In this document: positions 1 to 9,700 of the stretch, in pieces
Layout of the letters: each line of letters starts with the position of its first letter
Position numbering within the stretch: the stretch's first letter is position 1
DNA from: Deferribacterales bacterium
Lineage (GTDB): Bacteria; Chrysiogenota; Deferribacteres; Deferribacterales; Geovibrionaceae
Length of the DNA: 64,000 bases
Direction: 5' to 3'
Assembly (NCBI GenBank): GCA_050251945.1
Contig: JBFWLW010000004.1
Location: 96,001 to 160,000, forward strand
The notes under the pieces: model-generated
The model's input: only the letters and a program-made list of their open reading frames with translations
Databases searched by the model: none
Told to the model about the DNA's origin: nothing
Position numbers and translations under genes: made by a program

Positions 1-336
1 GTGCTTATGCCTGATTCTGTCTATAACCGCCTTTCAACAACCGTTTATTCAACGACAGGTGATAATCCCGCATCAGTTCTTGTTGCACTGCAAAAGAACT
101 TCGCGGGTGTTCAGTTTATAAGCTCTGCAAGGGCGGAAGCTGACCAGCTCGGAGGCACTTCAAAAACGGTGGCATTCTCCAATAATAGAAATGCTATGCA
201 GTTCAGACTGCCTGTTCCTCTTCGTACAAGCAACATCTTCACAAGAGGATTCAGCTTTGAGGTTGAGGGATATTTCAGCGTTGCTGGCTGTGATTTCCTT
301 GAAAATACGGCTTTCAGAGGTCTGTCAGGACTTTAA
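1..336 (+). CDS. Major capsid protein, C-terminal part (partial)
   Basis: Open from window edge; capsid-like C-terminus; hairpin 344-364 after it; precedes head-tail genes. Confidence 0.6.
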   Translation: MLMPDSVYNRLSTTVYSTTGDNPASVLVALQKNFAGVQFISSARAEADQLGGTSKTVAFSNNRNAMQFRLPVPLRTSNIFTRGFSFEVEGYFSVAGCDFLENTAFRGLSGL

Positions 337-382
337 ACAATACGGCGGGGTTTATAGCCCCGCCATAATTTAAGGTGACAAT

Positions 383-670
383 ATGGCAATGTCAGAAAGA
401 AAAAAATGGCTTATGGAAGAATATGAAAGACTTTCGGATAAGAAAGGTAGCCCTGCAATGACGGAAGAATGGTACGAAGAGAAGATAGCGGAGCTTGTGG
501 CGGACGAAACAGCAAGATACATGAACGAAAGTGGACATCCGTTTTGCCTGGGTCATAAAACATATGCAATCAACGAAGTTTTCAGCCTTGAATCTCCGCA
601 ATTGGGCAATCCTAATGTTATGGATCAGTTTAATCACGCCGTAAGCCTTGGCATGTTAAAACAGGTGTAA
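383..670 (+). CDS. Phage hypothetical protein
   Basis: AAGGTG RBS; 95-aa ORF in late operon. Confidence 0.6.
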   Translation: MAMSERKKWLMEEYERLSDKKGSPAMTEEWYEEKIAELVADETARYMNESGHPFCLGHKTYAINEVFSLESPQLGNPNVMDQFNHAVSLGMLKQV

Positions 671-671
671 T

Positions 672-1040
672 ATGGCTCTTATAGATGATTTCAAGACACG
701 TTTTCCGGAGTTTAACGTAACGGTGGTAAATAGCAGAGTGCCAGTATTGGAGGGTATATATCCGTCCTATTATGGTGATTCATATACTGCCGCAAATAAA
801 GAAATCATCTTAAACCTTATTGCCCATTTGCTTGTTTTAGATAGCCCTACGAGCGTGTCTACTACTAACAGCTCTGTAAAGAAGTTTGTGACTTCAAAGT
901 CAACAACATCCAATGGATTGAGCACAGATTATGCAAAACCGGAATCATTAACTTTTCAGCAGGAGTTTTTCTCCTCAACTTCATATGGTCAAAGATTTCT
1001 GTATCTGTCCAGTTTCAACATTGGTGCTAGATATGCTTAA
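672..1040 (+). CDS. Head-tail adaptor (DUF4054-like)
   Basis: FKTRFPEF ... LIAHLL ... STSYGQRFL pattern and position. Confidence 0.7.
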   Translation: MALIDDFKTRFPEFNVTVVNSRVPVLEGIYPSYYGDSYTAANKEIILNLIAHLLVLDSPTSVSTTNSSVKKFVTSKSTTSNGLSTDYAKPESLTFQQEFFSSTSYGQRFLYLSSFNIGARYA

Positions 1041-1350
1041 TCAGATCATTGAAGACGGCGAAAGTATAACTTTTACCTCTATTTTATCATCAGGTGTAGA
1101 TACGAATGGAGATCCGATAACTACGACTGCGACTTATAGCGGCTTCGGATGTCCGTTTGCTTATATGGCTGACGAAATAAACGGCACAAGCATCTTGTCA
1201 ACAGATATCAAAATGCTCTGCACAGTTGATACAGAGCCAAAGCAAGGCTGGAAATGTACGACAAGAAAAGGAACTTTTAGGATTATGCGTGTTATTCCGA
1301 TAAGCGAATCCGGCATAGATGTTCTTTATTCCTGCCAGTTGAGGGTTTGA
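1033..1350 (+). CDS. Head closure / head-tail joining protein
   Basis: Size, position and C-terminal LYSCQLR; ATG 1033 overlaps upstream gene. Confidence 0.55.
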   Translation: MLNQIIEDGESITFTSILSSGVDTNGDPITTTATYSGFGCPFAYMADEINGTSILSTDIKMLCTVDTEPKQGWKCTTRKGTFRIMRVIPISESGIDVLYSCQLRV

Positions 1351-1352
1351 GT

Positions 1353-1745
1353 ATGAGTAATACTCTCATCCACAAAGCACTCAGAAAAAGATTACAGACT
1401 CTTTCGTATCCGATTGCGTTTGAAAATGTTTCTTTTGCTCCTGCGGACGGAACATTGTATCTGCGGGAAAACTTTCTTCCGGCAAAATCCGTTGACTTGG
1501 TTGTTGGTTTTACAGATGGAGTAAGAGATTTTACGGGCATTTATCAGGTTACGATATGTTCGCCAAGCGGCGGCGGTAAAAGTGTGGCAGATGCGGCGTG
1601 TGACGTTGTGGAAGAGCTTTTCAAGCGTGGATCAATGTTCGATGGAGTGCAGATACTCAAAAGTCCCGACAGGCATAGCGCAAAAATCAGCGGTGCATGG
1701 TTTCTCGCACCCATCAGTATTTATTACAGGAGCTTTATGTCATGA
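1353..1745 (+). CDS. Tail terminator-like protein
   Basis: IAFENVSF..P ... GIYQVTI..P.G.G pattern and position. Confidence 0.6.
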   Translation: MSNTLIHKALRKRLQTLSYPIAFENVSFAPADGTLYLRENFLPAKSVDLVVGFTDGVRDFTGIYQVTICSPSGGGKSVADAACDVVEELFKRGSMFDGVQILKSPDRHSAKISGAWFLAPISIYYRSFMS

Positions 1746-2218
1746 CCTTTGCTGACGAGATTAAGAGAGCATTTCAAAGACAGAAAGAAGCTATTGAGGA
1801 GGTTATGATAAATTCTGTAAAAGAGACCTCTGAAATGGTGATTCTTCGTGACCCTGTTGATACAGGAAAGAACAGAGCAAATATGCAGGCTATGCTGAAT
1901 GGTGAGCCGACAAGCTCGGTAAACTGGCAGGGCGATGACAACGGATTACCGGAAGGCGGCTCTTTGCTTTTACAGTCAATGCTGGGGCGGCAATATGAAG
2001 CTCCCATGCCTTCACCTGCTTCTGATTTTGCCATATCAAGAATGATTCCCGTTGCAGAGCAAGCACCGGGGAATGTTTTTGTTCTGGCAAACCCTGTGAC
2101 ATATACGGAGGATTTGGAACTATACGGTAAATCTCCGCAAGCCCCACAGGGAATGTTTCGCCTTTCGGCGGCGGAATGGCAGAACACGGTAAAAGAAAAC
2201 GTTAATAAAGTTAAATAG
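1742..2218 (+). CDS. HK97 gp10-like tail completion protein
   Basis: PVDTG..RAN, Y...LE.G.S.QAP.GM motifs. Confidence 0.75.
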   Translation: MTFADEIKRAFQRQKEAIEEVMINSVKETSEMVILRDPVDTGKNRANMQAMLNGEPTSSVNWQGDDNGLPEGGSLLLQSMLGRQYEAPMPSPASDFAISRMIPVAEQAPGNVFVLANPVTYTEDLELYGKSPQAPQGMFRLSAAEWQNTVKENVNKVK

Positions 2219-2232
2219 GGGAGGAATTTAAA

Positions 2233-2901
2233 ATGAGTGATGGTTACACAGCATCCGGCGCAACGATAAGCCTTACTGCATCATTGCCCGCTACAGTTGA
2301 TAGGGCAGGGTTTGAGGCGTTGACAGGTTGGGCGGTAGTGGGCAAAGTAAGAAGCCTTGGCGATCTCAATAATTCTTGGAACACAGCGAGTTTTACACTC
2401 GTTTCTGAAGAGAGAGAGTTCAACAAGAAGACGTTTAAAACATCCGGAGACATGACGCTTACCGTTCTGGCAGGATCCACAGGTCCGGGGCTGACGCTTC
2501 TCGAGGAGGCGTATAATTCAAAAAATGATTACAGCGTGAAGGTTGAGTTCCCGAATGGCGATATTTACTATCTTTACGGCATCGTAATCGGTAAAAATAT
2601 CCCGCTCGGCGATGGCTCGGCAGTTGTTGATAAGCAGAGGACAATCAAGCCAAACAGTGATACTGTTGAAGTTCTGGCTGGCGATAACTACGTTGTGACC
2701 TTTGCGGCAGGAGCGAACGGCTCTCTCATAGGCGACACAAACCAGACCATAGCTTCCGGCGGAAGCACTACGCCCGTTTATGCGGCGGCGGCATCCGGCT
2801 ACGTCTTCAGCGCATGGTCGGACAGTAGCACCGTGAACCCCAGAACACTGACCAATGTCACGGCGAATGCCTCTTTGACTGCCTCGTTTGTAACAGAGTA
2901 A
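2233..2901 (+). CDS. Major tail tube protein with C-terminal InlB B-repeat/Flg_new-like domain
   Basis: GGAGG RBS; tail-tube-like N-part; C-terminal YVVTFAAGANG...GYVFSAWS...LTASF. Confidence 0.75.
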   Translation: MSDGYTASGATISLTASLPATVDRAGFEALTGWAVVGKVRSLGDLNNSWNTASFTLVSEEREFNKKTFKTSGDMTLTVLAGSTGPGLTLLEEAYNSKNDYSVKVEFPNGDIYYLYGIVIGKNIPLGDGSAVVDKQRTIKPNSDTVEVLAGDNYVVTFAAGANGSLIGDTNQTIASGGSTTPVYAAAASGYVFSAWSDSSTVNPRTLTNVTANASLTASFVTE

Positions 2902-2911
2902 TCAACACAGG

Positions 2912-2938
2912 GAGGGCGGCGCGCAGTCGCCCTTTTTT
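2912..2938 (+). terminator. Intrinsic terminator
   Basis: AGGGCGGC-GCGCA-GTCGCCTT hairpin plus T run. Confidence 0.7.
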
Positions 2939-3010
2939 CAACTCACCTCGTCTTGAACTCCCGCTATTTTCGTGTTAGCATACTGCATTTACTATTTACG
3001 AGGTGCAGAT

Positions 3011-3667
3011 ATGAGGAAGATTCTGTTCATAATCATATTGTTATTATATTTAATGGTGCTTTCTGGATGCGGAGCAGCGGTAGCAAAGTACGATTTACTA
3101 TCTCCACAAAGAAACATTCCTGATTTATTTCCTAAAGATCCCGCATCTGTGGTTATTGTAAGAGAAAATGAGAAGCCTGAACTGGGTATAATAAGAATAG
3201 CAAATATTGGTGTTCATGGAAATGGGTATGCCGATAGAGCTTTATTAGAAAACAAATTGATACAGCAGGCGGCATATCTTGGGGCTGATGTTGTAGTTAT
3301 TGTTGGAAGTGAAGTAACAAGAGATGAAACTGTGGGCATTTATAATCAAGGTGTATTTACGTCCTCACAAGTTCAAAGACCTCATTTATATGGGGTCGCA
3401 GGCGTATGGTCAAAAGTTATAATTGGCATACATTTTGACAGTAATGGCAATATCGTCTATGTAAAAAACGCATCCCCCGCTGAAAAAGCAGGATTGAAAG
3501 AGGGACATAAAATATTGGCTATGGATGGTAAGTTTTTTGATCCAAAATCCTATATGCTAGATAACCTTCTTGCCGTTAAAAAACCGGGGGATTCACTCAT
3601 TATAGAATACCTTGATGACCAACAAATAAAAAGAAAAGTAAACGTATTGCTGGAAAGTTTTATGTAA
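3011..3667 (+). CDS. PDZ-domain lipoprotein (phage moron)
   Basis: Lipobox LSGC; PDZ signature SPAEKAGLKEGHKILAMDG; candidate promoter TTGAAC-17-TAGCAT at 2953-2981. Confidence 0.7.
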   Translation: MRKILFIIILLLYLMVLSGCGAAVAKYDLLSPQRNIPDLFPKDPASVVIVRENEKPELGIIRIANIGVHGNGYADRALLENKLIQQAAYLGADVVVIVGSEVTRDETVGIYNQGVFTSSQVQRPHLYGVAGVWSKVIIGIHFDSNGNIVYVKNASPAEKAGLKEGHKILAMDGKFFDPKSYMLDNLLAVKKPGDSLIIEYLDDQQIKRKVNVLLESFM

Positions 3668-3751
3668 TACCATGACAGAGCGGATGTGAATCGGGATATT
3701 CTTTTTTCTACGTCCTCAATCAGCACTGGGGCGTTAATTAAGAGGTTAAAA

Positions 3752-4255
3752 ATGAGATTTATTCGTAATGCTTTTATTGTTTTAGCTATTTTGTTTATAA
3801 TTCTACAATTAAATACATGGCAAAAACGAGAGTTTATGAAGAAATGGCGTTATTATGAAACTAAAGATGCTATAAGTGAAAAACCTATATATATTGCAAG
3901 TGTTTTTTCTTCAGATTATAAAAGCGAACTTATTATTAGATGTGATAAAGATAAAAAAACTTTTGATGTGTTTATTGATTATGGTCGATATTTAACAGGT
4001 TTAGATAAAATTGAAATAAGATATAGATTTGATCAGGACGATGTTATTAACATGCAATGGTATTTATCTGATAAAAGTAAATCAATATTCTCTCCTGAGC
4101 CATATGTTTTTGCTAAAAAATTAATAAAACATAATAGCTTCATAGTTGAAAATGAAAGTCGTGGTTTTGAAAGAGAAAAAATAATAGCTCAATTTAAATT
4201 AAAAGATGGACATGACAAGATTCAGGAAGTTTACGATAAATGCATAAGAGAATAA
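3752..4255 (+). CDS. Hypothetical exported or membrane-anchored protein (AT-rich moron)
   Basis: GAGG RBS; N-terminal hydrophobic segment; visibly low GC. Confidence 0.6.
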   Translation: MRFIRNAFIVLAILFIILQLNTWQKREFMKKWRYYETKDAISEKPIYIASVFSSDYKSELIIRCDKDKKTFDVFIDYGRYLTGLDKIEIRYRFDQDDVINMQWYLSDKSKSIFSPEPYVFAKKLIKHNSFIVENESRGFEREKIIAQFKLKDGHDKIQEVYDKCIRE

Positions 4256-4315
4256 AGACAGGCTTTCTTTGAAAAAACTCTTTTCATGCCGCCTAGCAAA
4301 TTTTTGCAACTAAAC

Positions 4316-4344
4316 TTGACACTCCCAACGATATTTGTTATCCT
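4316..4344 (+). promoter_or_regulatory. Sigma70 promoter of antirepressor cassette
   Basis: TTGACA-17 bp-TATCCT with extended -10 TG. Confidence 0.7.
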
Positions 4345-4457
4345 CACGCCAACAACAATCCATTTAGGCGGTCACCGTGCTGATTGAGCGGTAATCCCCT
4401 TTAAAATTTGAATTTTCAAATCATTGCGACTTATGTCGTTTTTTGGTTTGAGAGTGT

Positions 4458-4531
4458 AAAACCCCAGTGTCGCATTGCCGTGAGGCGTGCGGTGGATGTC
4501 CTAAGTGGTCCATTGTTAACACTGGGGTTTT
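4458..4531 (+). ncRNA. C4-like phage antisense RNA
   Basis: 13-bp closing stem AAAACCCCAGTGT/ACACTGGGGTTTT, GCC-GTGA-GGC hairpin, internal segments complementary to flanking sites including the next RBS. Confidence 0.65.
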
Positions 4532-4581
4532 GTGTCTAACAAGCACAATGCCCTAAATAATCACTTAGGAGGGGCATTATC

Positions 4582-4830
4582 ATGTCCAAATCTAAAGCCG
4601 TATCCGGCGACACGATCCTTCTCGATATCCAGTATTGCGTGTGCGATGTCTCCGCATCTCTCAAATTCATCATTAAATCCTTGGAAGAGGAAGAGGGTAG
4701 ACTTGGGCAGGTCTCCTGTCTGCTTAATGTTCTGCAAAGAAACCTGCACAAAGCCGAATCAGAGCTGATTGAGTACACCTTTGAAAAGAACATTGTGTAT
4801 CCGGTAGATTGTCGGGAGGTGTCGGCATGA
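4582..4830 (+). CDS. Small protein upstream of antirepressor
   Basis: AGGAGG RBS; stop overlaps antirepressor start (ATGA). Confidence 0.6.
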   Translation: MSKSKAVSGDTILLDIQYCVCDVSASLKFIIKSLEEEEGRLGQVSCLLNVLQRNLHKAESELIEYTFEKNIVYPVDCREVSA

Positions 4831-5609
4831 GTGCGGTACAGCTTTTCAACAATGCCGAGTTCGGTCAGGTGCGAATCGTAGACAATGAGGGACAGCCCTA
4901 TTTCGTGGCTGCTGACGTTGCCAAGGTGCTTGGGTATTCAAACCCGAGTGACGCAACACAGAAACATTGCCGGTGTATAGCGAAACACGACATACCCCAC
5001 CCGCAGAATCCTGATAAGGATTTAGAGGTAACCATCATCCCCGAATCAGACGTATACCGTCTTATCATCCGGTCTAAGCTTCCGGCAGCGGAACGGTTTG
5101 AACGGTGGGTTGTTGAAGAGGTGTTACCATCCATTCGCAAGCACGGAGCGTATATGACGCAGGATGTCATAGAAGATGCCCTATTGAACCCTGACACACT
5201 GATCAGACTGGCAACCAACCTGAAGGAAGAGCGGGAGAAACGTCAGGCTCTTGAACAGAAAGTGGAAGCCGATAAAGGAAAGGTAGCCTTTGCCGACAGC
5301 GTTAGCCGGACAGTAGACAACCTGAGCGTGAGGGACTATGCGAAGGTGCTGTGTGATGAAAATATCAACATCGGTGAAAAGCGGCTGTATCACATGCTCC
5401 GGTCGAAGGGGATTCTGGATAAGCAGAATAAGCCGTATCAGCGGTATATCGACAATGGATGGTTTGTTCTGAAACTCTCGACCTACAAGAACTCATCCAC
5501 TGACAACGTGATTGAATATACGCAGTCACGGATAACCGGAAAAGGTCAGATAGCCCTGCGGGAACGAATAGTTCGCTGGCTCGGCGGCGAAGACGCAGAA
5601 AGTTCATAA
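4827..5609 (+). CDS. Phage antirepressor (BRO-N plus KilAC/ANT domain)
   Basis: FVAADVAKVLGYSNP, FERWVVEEVLPSIRKHGAY, ITGKGQ motifs. Confidence 0.92.
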   Translation: MSAVQLFNNAEFGQVRIVDNEGQPYFVAADVAKVLGYSNPSDATQKHCRCIAKHDIPHPQNPDKDLEVTIIPESDVYRLIIRSKLPAAERFERWVVEEVLPSIRKHGAYMTQDVIEDALLNPDTLIRLATNLKEEREKRQALEQKVEADKGKVAFADSVSRTVDNLSVRDYAKVLCDENINIGEKRLYHMLRSKGILDKQNKPYQRYIDNGWFVLKLSTYKNSSTDNVIEYTQSRITGKGQIALRERIVRWLGGEDAESS

Positions 5610-5612
5610 CAC

Positions 5613-5640
5613 GAAGGCGGGGAAACACCCCGCCTCTTTT
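5613..5640 (+). terminator. Intrinsic terminator
   Basis: AGGCGGGG-AAACA-CCCCGCCT plus CTTTT. Confidence 0.7.
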
Positions 5641-5747
5641 AATAAAATCAATCAAGATTAATCTTATCGGTCTCTGCGTCCTCTGCGTCCACGCGTTTTT
5701 TAAAAATGTTTTATCTTAGGGGTGTAATAAAACTCCCCGAGGTAGAC

Positions 5748-6224
5748 ATGAAAAAAGAGACCAAAAAGATTTTCACAATTGAAGATGATGCGGTACAGAT
5801 GAAAGATACCGCTATCTTCATTCCCATTCATCCCGTCCACGGGAAAATAGAATCACTTTCAATCACATTCAAAAGTCCGGCAAGTGCCGAGTTTAAGAGC
5901 TATGTCCGCAACAAACAGCTTGAGCTTATTGAGAAAATGACCTTTGACGAAGGAAAGGCAAACAGCGAAGAGGAAACAGACAAGGCAAAAAAAGCAAAAA
6001 TTGCAGAAAACATAGATAACGGAAAAAAAGAAGACATAGCCACGCTGGCAAGCATGGTTGTCTCGTGGGGCGAAGGCTATGTTCAGGACGGCAAAGCCCT
6101 TGAACCCACAAAAGAGAACTGCATGGCTGTGTTCTCCAATCCTAAACTGGACTGGATGTTCGACCAGGCTTTTATGTGGTTCAACAAGAGTGCTAATTTT
6201 TTTACCGAGGACAGCAACGGCTAG
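5748..6224 (+). CDS. Tail assembly chaperone (gpG-like)
   Basis: Position before tape measure; ends NFF at a slippery T run. Confidence 0.75.
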   Translation: MKKETKKIFTIEDDAVQMKDTAIFIPIHPVHGKIESLSITFKSPASAEFKSYVRNKQLELIEKMTFDEGKANSEEETDKAKKAKIAENIDNGKKEDIATLASMVVSWGEGYVQDGKALEPTKENCMAVFSNPKLDWMFDQAFMWFNKSANFFTEDSNG

Positions 6225-6718
6225 AGCAGCGGATATTAATATGTGTCAGGCATATTGCATGGCTGAACGCTGTCCCGGAAGACGATAAAGAGAAGCGAAC
6301 ACGCTACGAGCTGCTGAAAAGAGAGAAGGAACACTTTGAGCAGGACGGCAATCAACCGGAACTTTTAAAGTGTATCCGTCTGCTCATGGAAACACCGAAT
6401 ATACCGGATTCCATGCAAATTTACATGGAATATATGAATGAACTGGGTTTTTTCATTGAAAATGGGTTCGGGATAAGCCCTTTGCCATATGCGGAAATAA
6501 AAGCATGGGCAGAGTTGCAGGAAATAAGCCTGACACCGTTTGAATCAAGACTTCTCAGGCGTATTTCCCATGCATATGTGAGCCAATACAATTCAAGCTC
6601 CAAGCCCGGTTCCGAAAGCCCATACAAGGTTGAGGAACAACGCAAAAGAAAAGATATTTCGGCACAGATTATCCAGACTGAGGGTTTGAAAAATAAAGGA
6701 AAAAAGGGGGAGGAATGA
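6197..6718 (+). CDS. Tail assembly chaperone extension (gpT-like, reached by -1 frameshift)
   Basis: -1 frame is open from 6197 through ORF 6386-6718. Confidence 0.7.
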   Translation, partial: FFYRGQQRLEQRILICVRHIAWLNAVPEDDKEKRTRYELLKREKEHFEQDGNQPELLKCIRLLMETPNIPDSMQIYMEYMNELGFFIENGFGISPLPYAEIKAWAELQEISLTPFESRLLRRISHAYVSQYNSSSKPGSESPYKVEEQRKRKDISAQIIQTEGLKNKGKKGEE

Positions 6719-9700
6719 TTGATTTAGCCACGCTGGGCATAAAGATTGACCTTACCTCTCTCAATGACTTTGTAAAAGCATCAGAATCAGCCATCAAGAG
6801 CGCGAATAGCCTTGAAGCGGCTGTCGGCAAGATAGCTCTTAAATCTATGAGTTCCGGCTCTAATGGCGGTTTAAGCGAGACTGCGAAAGCGGCGAAGGAA
6901 GCCGAAAACGCTGTCAGAGAATACCAGAAAACGATGGAGAAGTCCCAAGCTCTCGCATCCAAAACAAATCTCGGAACAAGTTTCAATGAACAGAAAGAGG
7001 CAATACGCCAAGCGGCAGATGAGGCTAAATCATACAGCAGGATTGTTGAAGATTCTCAGAATAGAGCCATAAAGACCAACCTGCGCGTCAGTTTCAACGA
7101 ACAGAAAGAGGCAATAAGAGAGACTGCGCAGGAAGCAAAGAAGTATGGACTATCTTTGCAGTCATTAAATCGTCAACGAAGCTCCGCGCTTATAAGCGAA
7201 TTTAAGCAACAGGCGGTTGTTACAAGACAGGCGCAAAACGTAATAGACAGATATGCCGGAAGTGTCCGCACTCTGGACGGAATACAGGAACATTACAGAC
7301 TTGAACTTGAAAGAGTTCGCCAAGCCTACGCGCTGGCAGGTGGTTCAGCGGAAAGGCTTCAGCTTGCCGAACGAAATCTGGGCGATATTCGCGACCAGCA
7401 GATTGCCAGATGGAAAGCATACAATTCACAGATAACCGGAACTGGCGAAGCGGCACAATTCAGCCGTCACCACCTTATCAACCTTGGTTATCAGCTACAG
7501 GATATTATTGTTGGTTTTACGAGTGGTCAAAGACCGATGACAATCTTTATCCAGCAGGGTGCGCAGGTGGCGGGCATCGCCTCCAATGCTGGGGTTGGAA
7601 TAAAAGGGCTTGCCGCCGCAATGGGAACGCTGGCTCTTTCTGCGGCAAGAGCCAGCGTTGTAATGATGGCAAATCCTTATTTTTTAGCCATAACGACAGT
7701 TGTTGGTGGAGCTACTCTTGCAGTTTCAGCATTTAAAAAAGAATTAAATGATTCTGGAGGTTTTGATTCTTATGTCAATTCTTTAGGATTGTCTATTGAA
7801 CAAATAAATTCTTTTGAAACGGAAATAGAAAAAGCTGGAGGTGTAGGCGTCTCTTTCCGTGATATTATGGGTACATTGTTTGATGAATTAGATTTTACTG
7901 AAGCCAAAAAAGAGTTTGCAGAATTTGGGGTATTTGTTCTTCAAGAAGGTATTAATACATATGTATCATATAAAGCTATTGGCAAGGCAGTCCAGACATA
8001 TTCAAACAGAACATATTTTAACCTTATAGCCAATATGTTCGGTAAAAAAGATCAAATTAAAGATGCCGGCAATGAAGCTACTATGGCGATGTTCGCAGAA
8101 GAACAAAAAATATATGAAAATATAGATAAATTTAAAAAAGAGGTTCAGGAGAGAACAAAAGCAAGATATGATTTAATTTTAACTCCAATAGTTGAATCTA
8201 ATTCTGAAAGACTTACCAACAAAAGCCTGTCTCAAGCTGAACAATATTATAAACAATATCAAGATACTCTTACTGCGATAAGAGCTGAAGCTAAGGTGCA
8301 TAATTTAGGCATATCCTTTCTTCGTGCAAAAGAAGTTGCGGCTTATGATAAATATACTGAACAAATGTCTAAATTGCATGATAAAGAAAGAAGAGATGCG
8401 GAAAGAGCCAATGCGCCATATGAAAGGCGAGCCGACACTATCCGCACATATATTGCCGCTCTCAACATGGAAATCAGCAGAACCGGTATTCTTACAGAAG
8501 AGAGAGAAAGGCTTCAGAAGATAGACCAGCTTGATACGCAGCTCACCAGAAAAGATGAAAAGTTTAAACTCACGGAGAAAGAACGCGAAAGCATCAATGC
8601 TTTACTGCTTCAGCAGCAGCAGGCGGCAAAAATCCAGAAAGAGGTTGACGACCTTTATAATAATTCTTCATCAAAAGCTATTGAAAACTATTATACAAAA
8701 ACTCAATCCGCAAACATAGCTCTCGAAAAAGGGTTTATTACTCAAGAAACATGGGCTGCAATACTCGGTCGCGAGGGAGAAGCATTAAAGAGCGCGACTG
8801 ATAAAGTCTACGCTTATAAAAAAGCACTTGATGAAACGGTCCGTATCTATGACATGTTTGGCGATGATTTGGCGGTTGCAAAAGCTTTAACACCGGAAGT
8901 TAAAGCTGGCATGACAGATGAACAAATCAAAAAAGCTGAACAATATATCAGAACAACAGAAAGCATGGGACGTGTGAATGCTGAACTTGGGAAGATATGG
9001 GAAGAAACAACCGGAAAGGGAGCCGCTTTTGAGGCAAGGATAGAAGCCATTAAGAAAAAGATGGCTGATACTTCTATAACTCTCGAATATTATAATTCGC
9101 TTGAACAGGCAATAAACTCTGAAAAAAACCAAAATAAATTCACTCTTGCCGGAGCAGGGTCAGTATATTCAGAAACACAAGGCAAGATAGATAGCATAGT
9201 CCAGTCTCAGATAGATTGGAATAACGCCTCGAAGGCAGGTCTTGTCACTGCTGATCAATATTTATCTAAAGCTCGCGAACTGTACGCTCAGGAGCTTCAA
9301 CTTGCCGCCCTTCGCGGTGAAAACCTTGACGGGTCGGCAATGACCTATTGGGGTGCTTTCAGCAGCGGTCTTGACCTTTATGCCGCGAACTACGAAGGAA
9401 CGTTTTCCCGTCTTCAAGCAATCGGTCAAAACTTCTTTAATAGCCTCTCTTCCGGTGCTGGCGATGCTTTCTCAAGCATGATAATTGATGGCAATAGCTT
9501 TGGGGATGCAATACAGGAATTAAACAGAACTGTGCTGAGAACTCTTATAAGCTCTCTTGTGCAGGCGGCTATTCAGGCGGCTATCTTTAGGGCTGTTCTG
9601 ACAGGCTCATCTATGGTGGCTATACCGTCGATCTCAAATACTTCAACTGCCACTACGTGGGGAAGTGGCGGGGTTGGTTTTGCTGCCGCAGGCGGGTATA

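Noticed and set aside
5672..5689. CTCTGCGTC tandem repeat
   Set aside because: Only two units, no function assignable
6880..7150. 37-aa repeat in tape measure protein
   Set aside because: Real but ordinary for tape measure proteins
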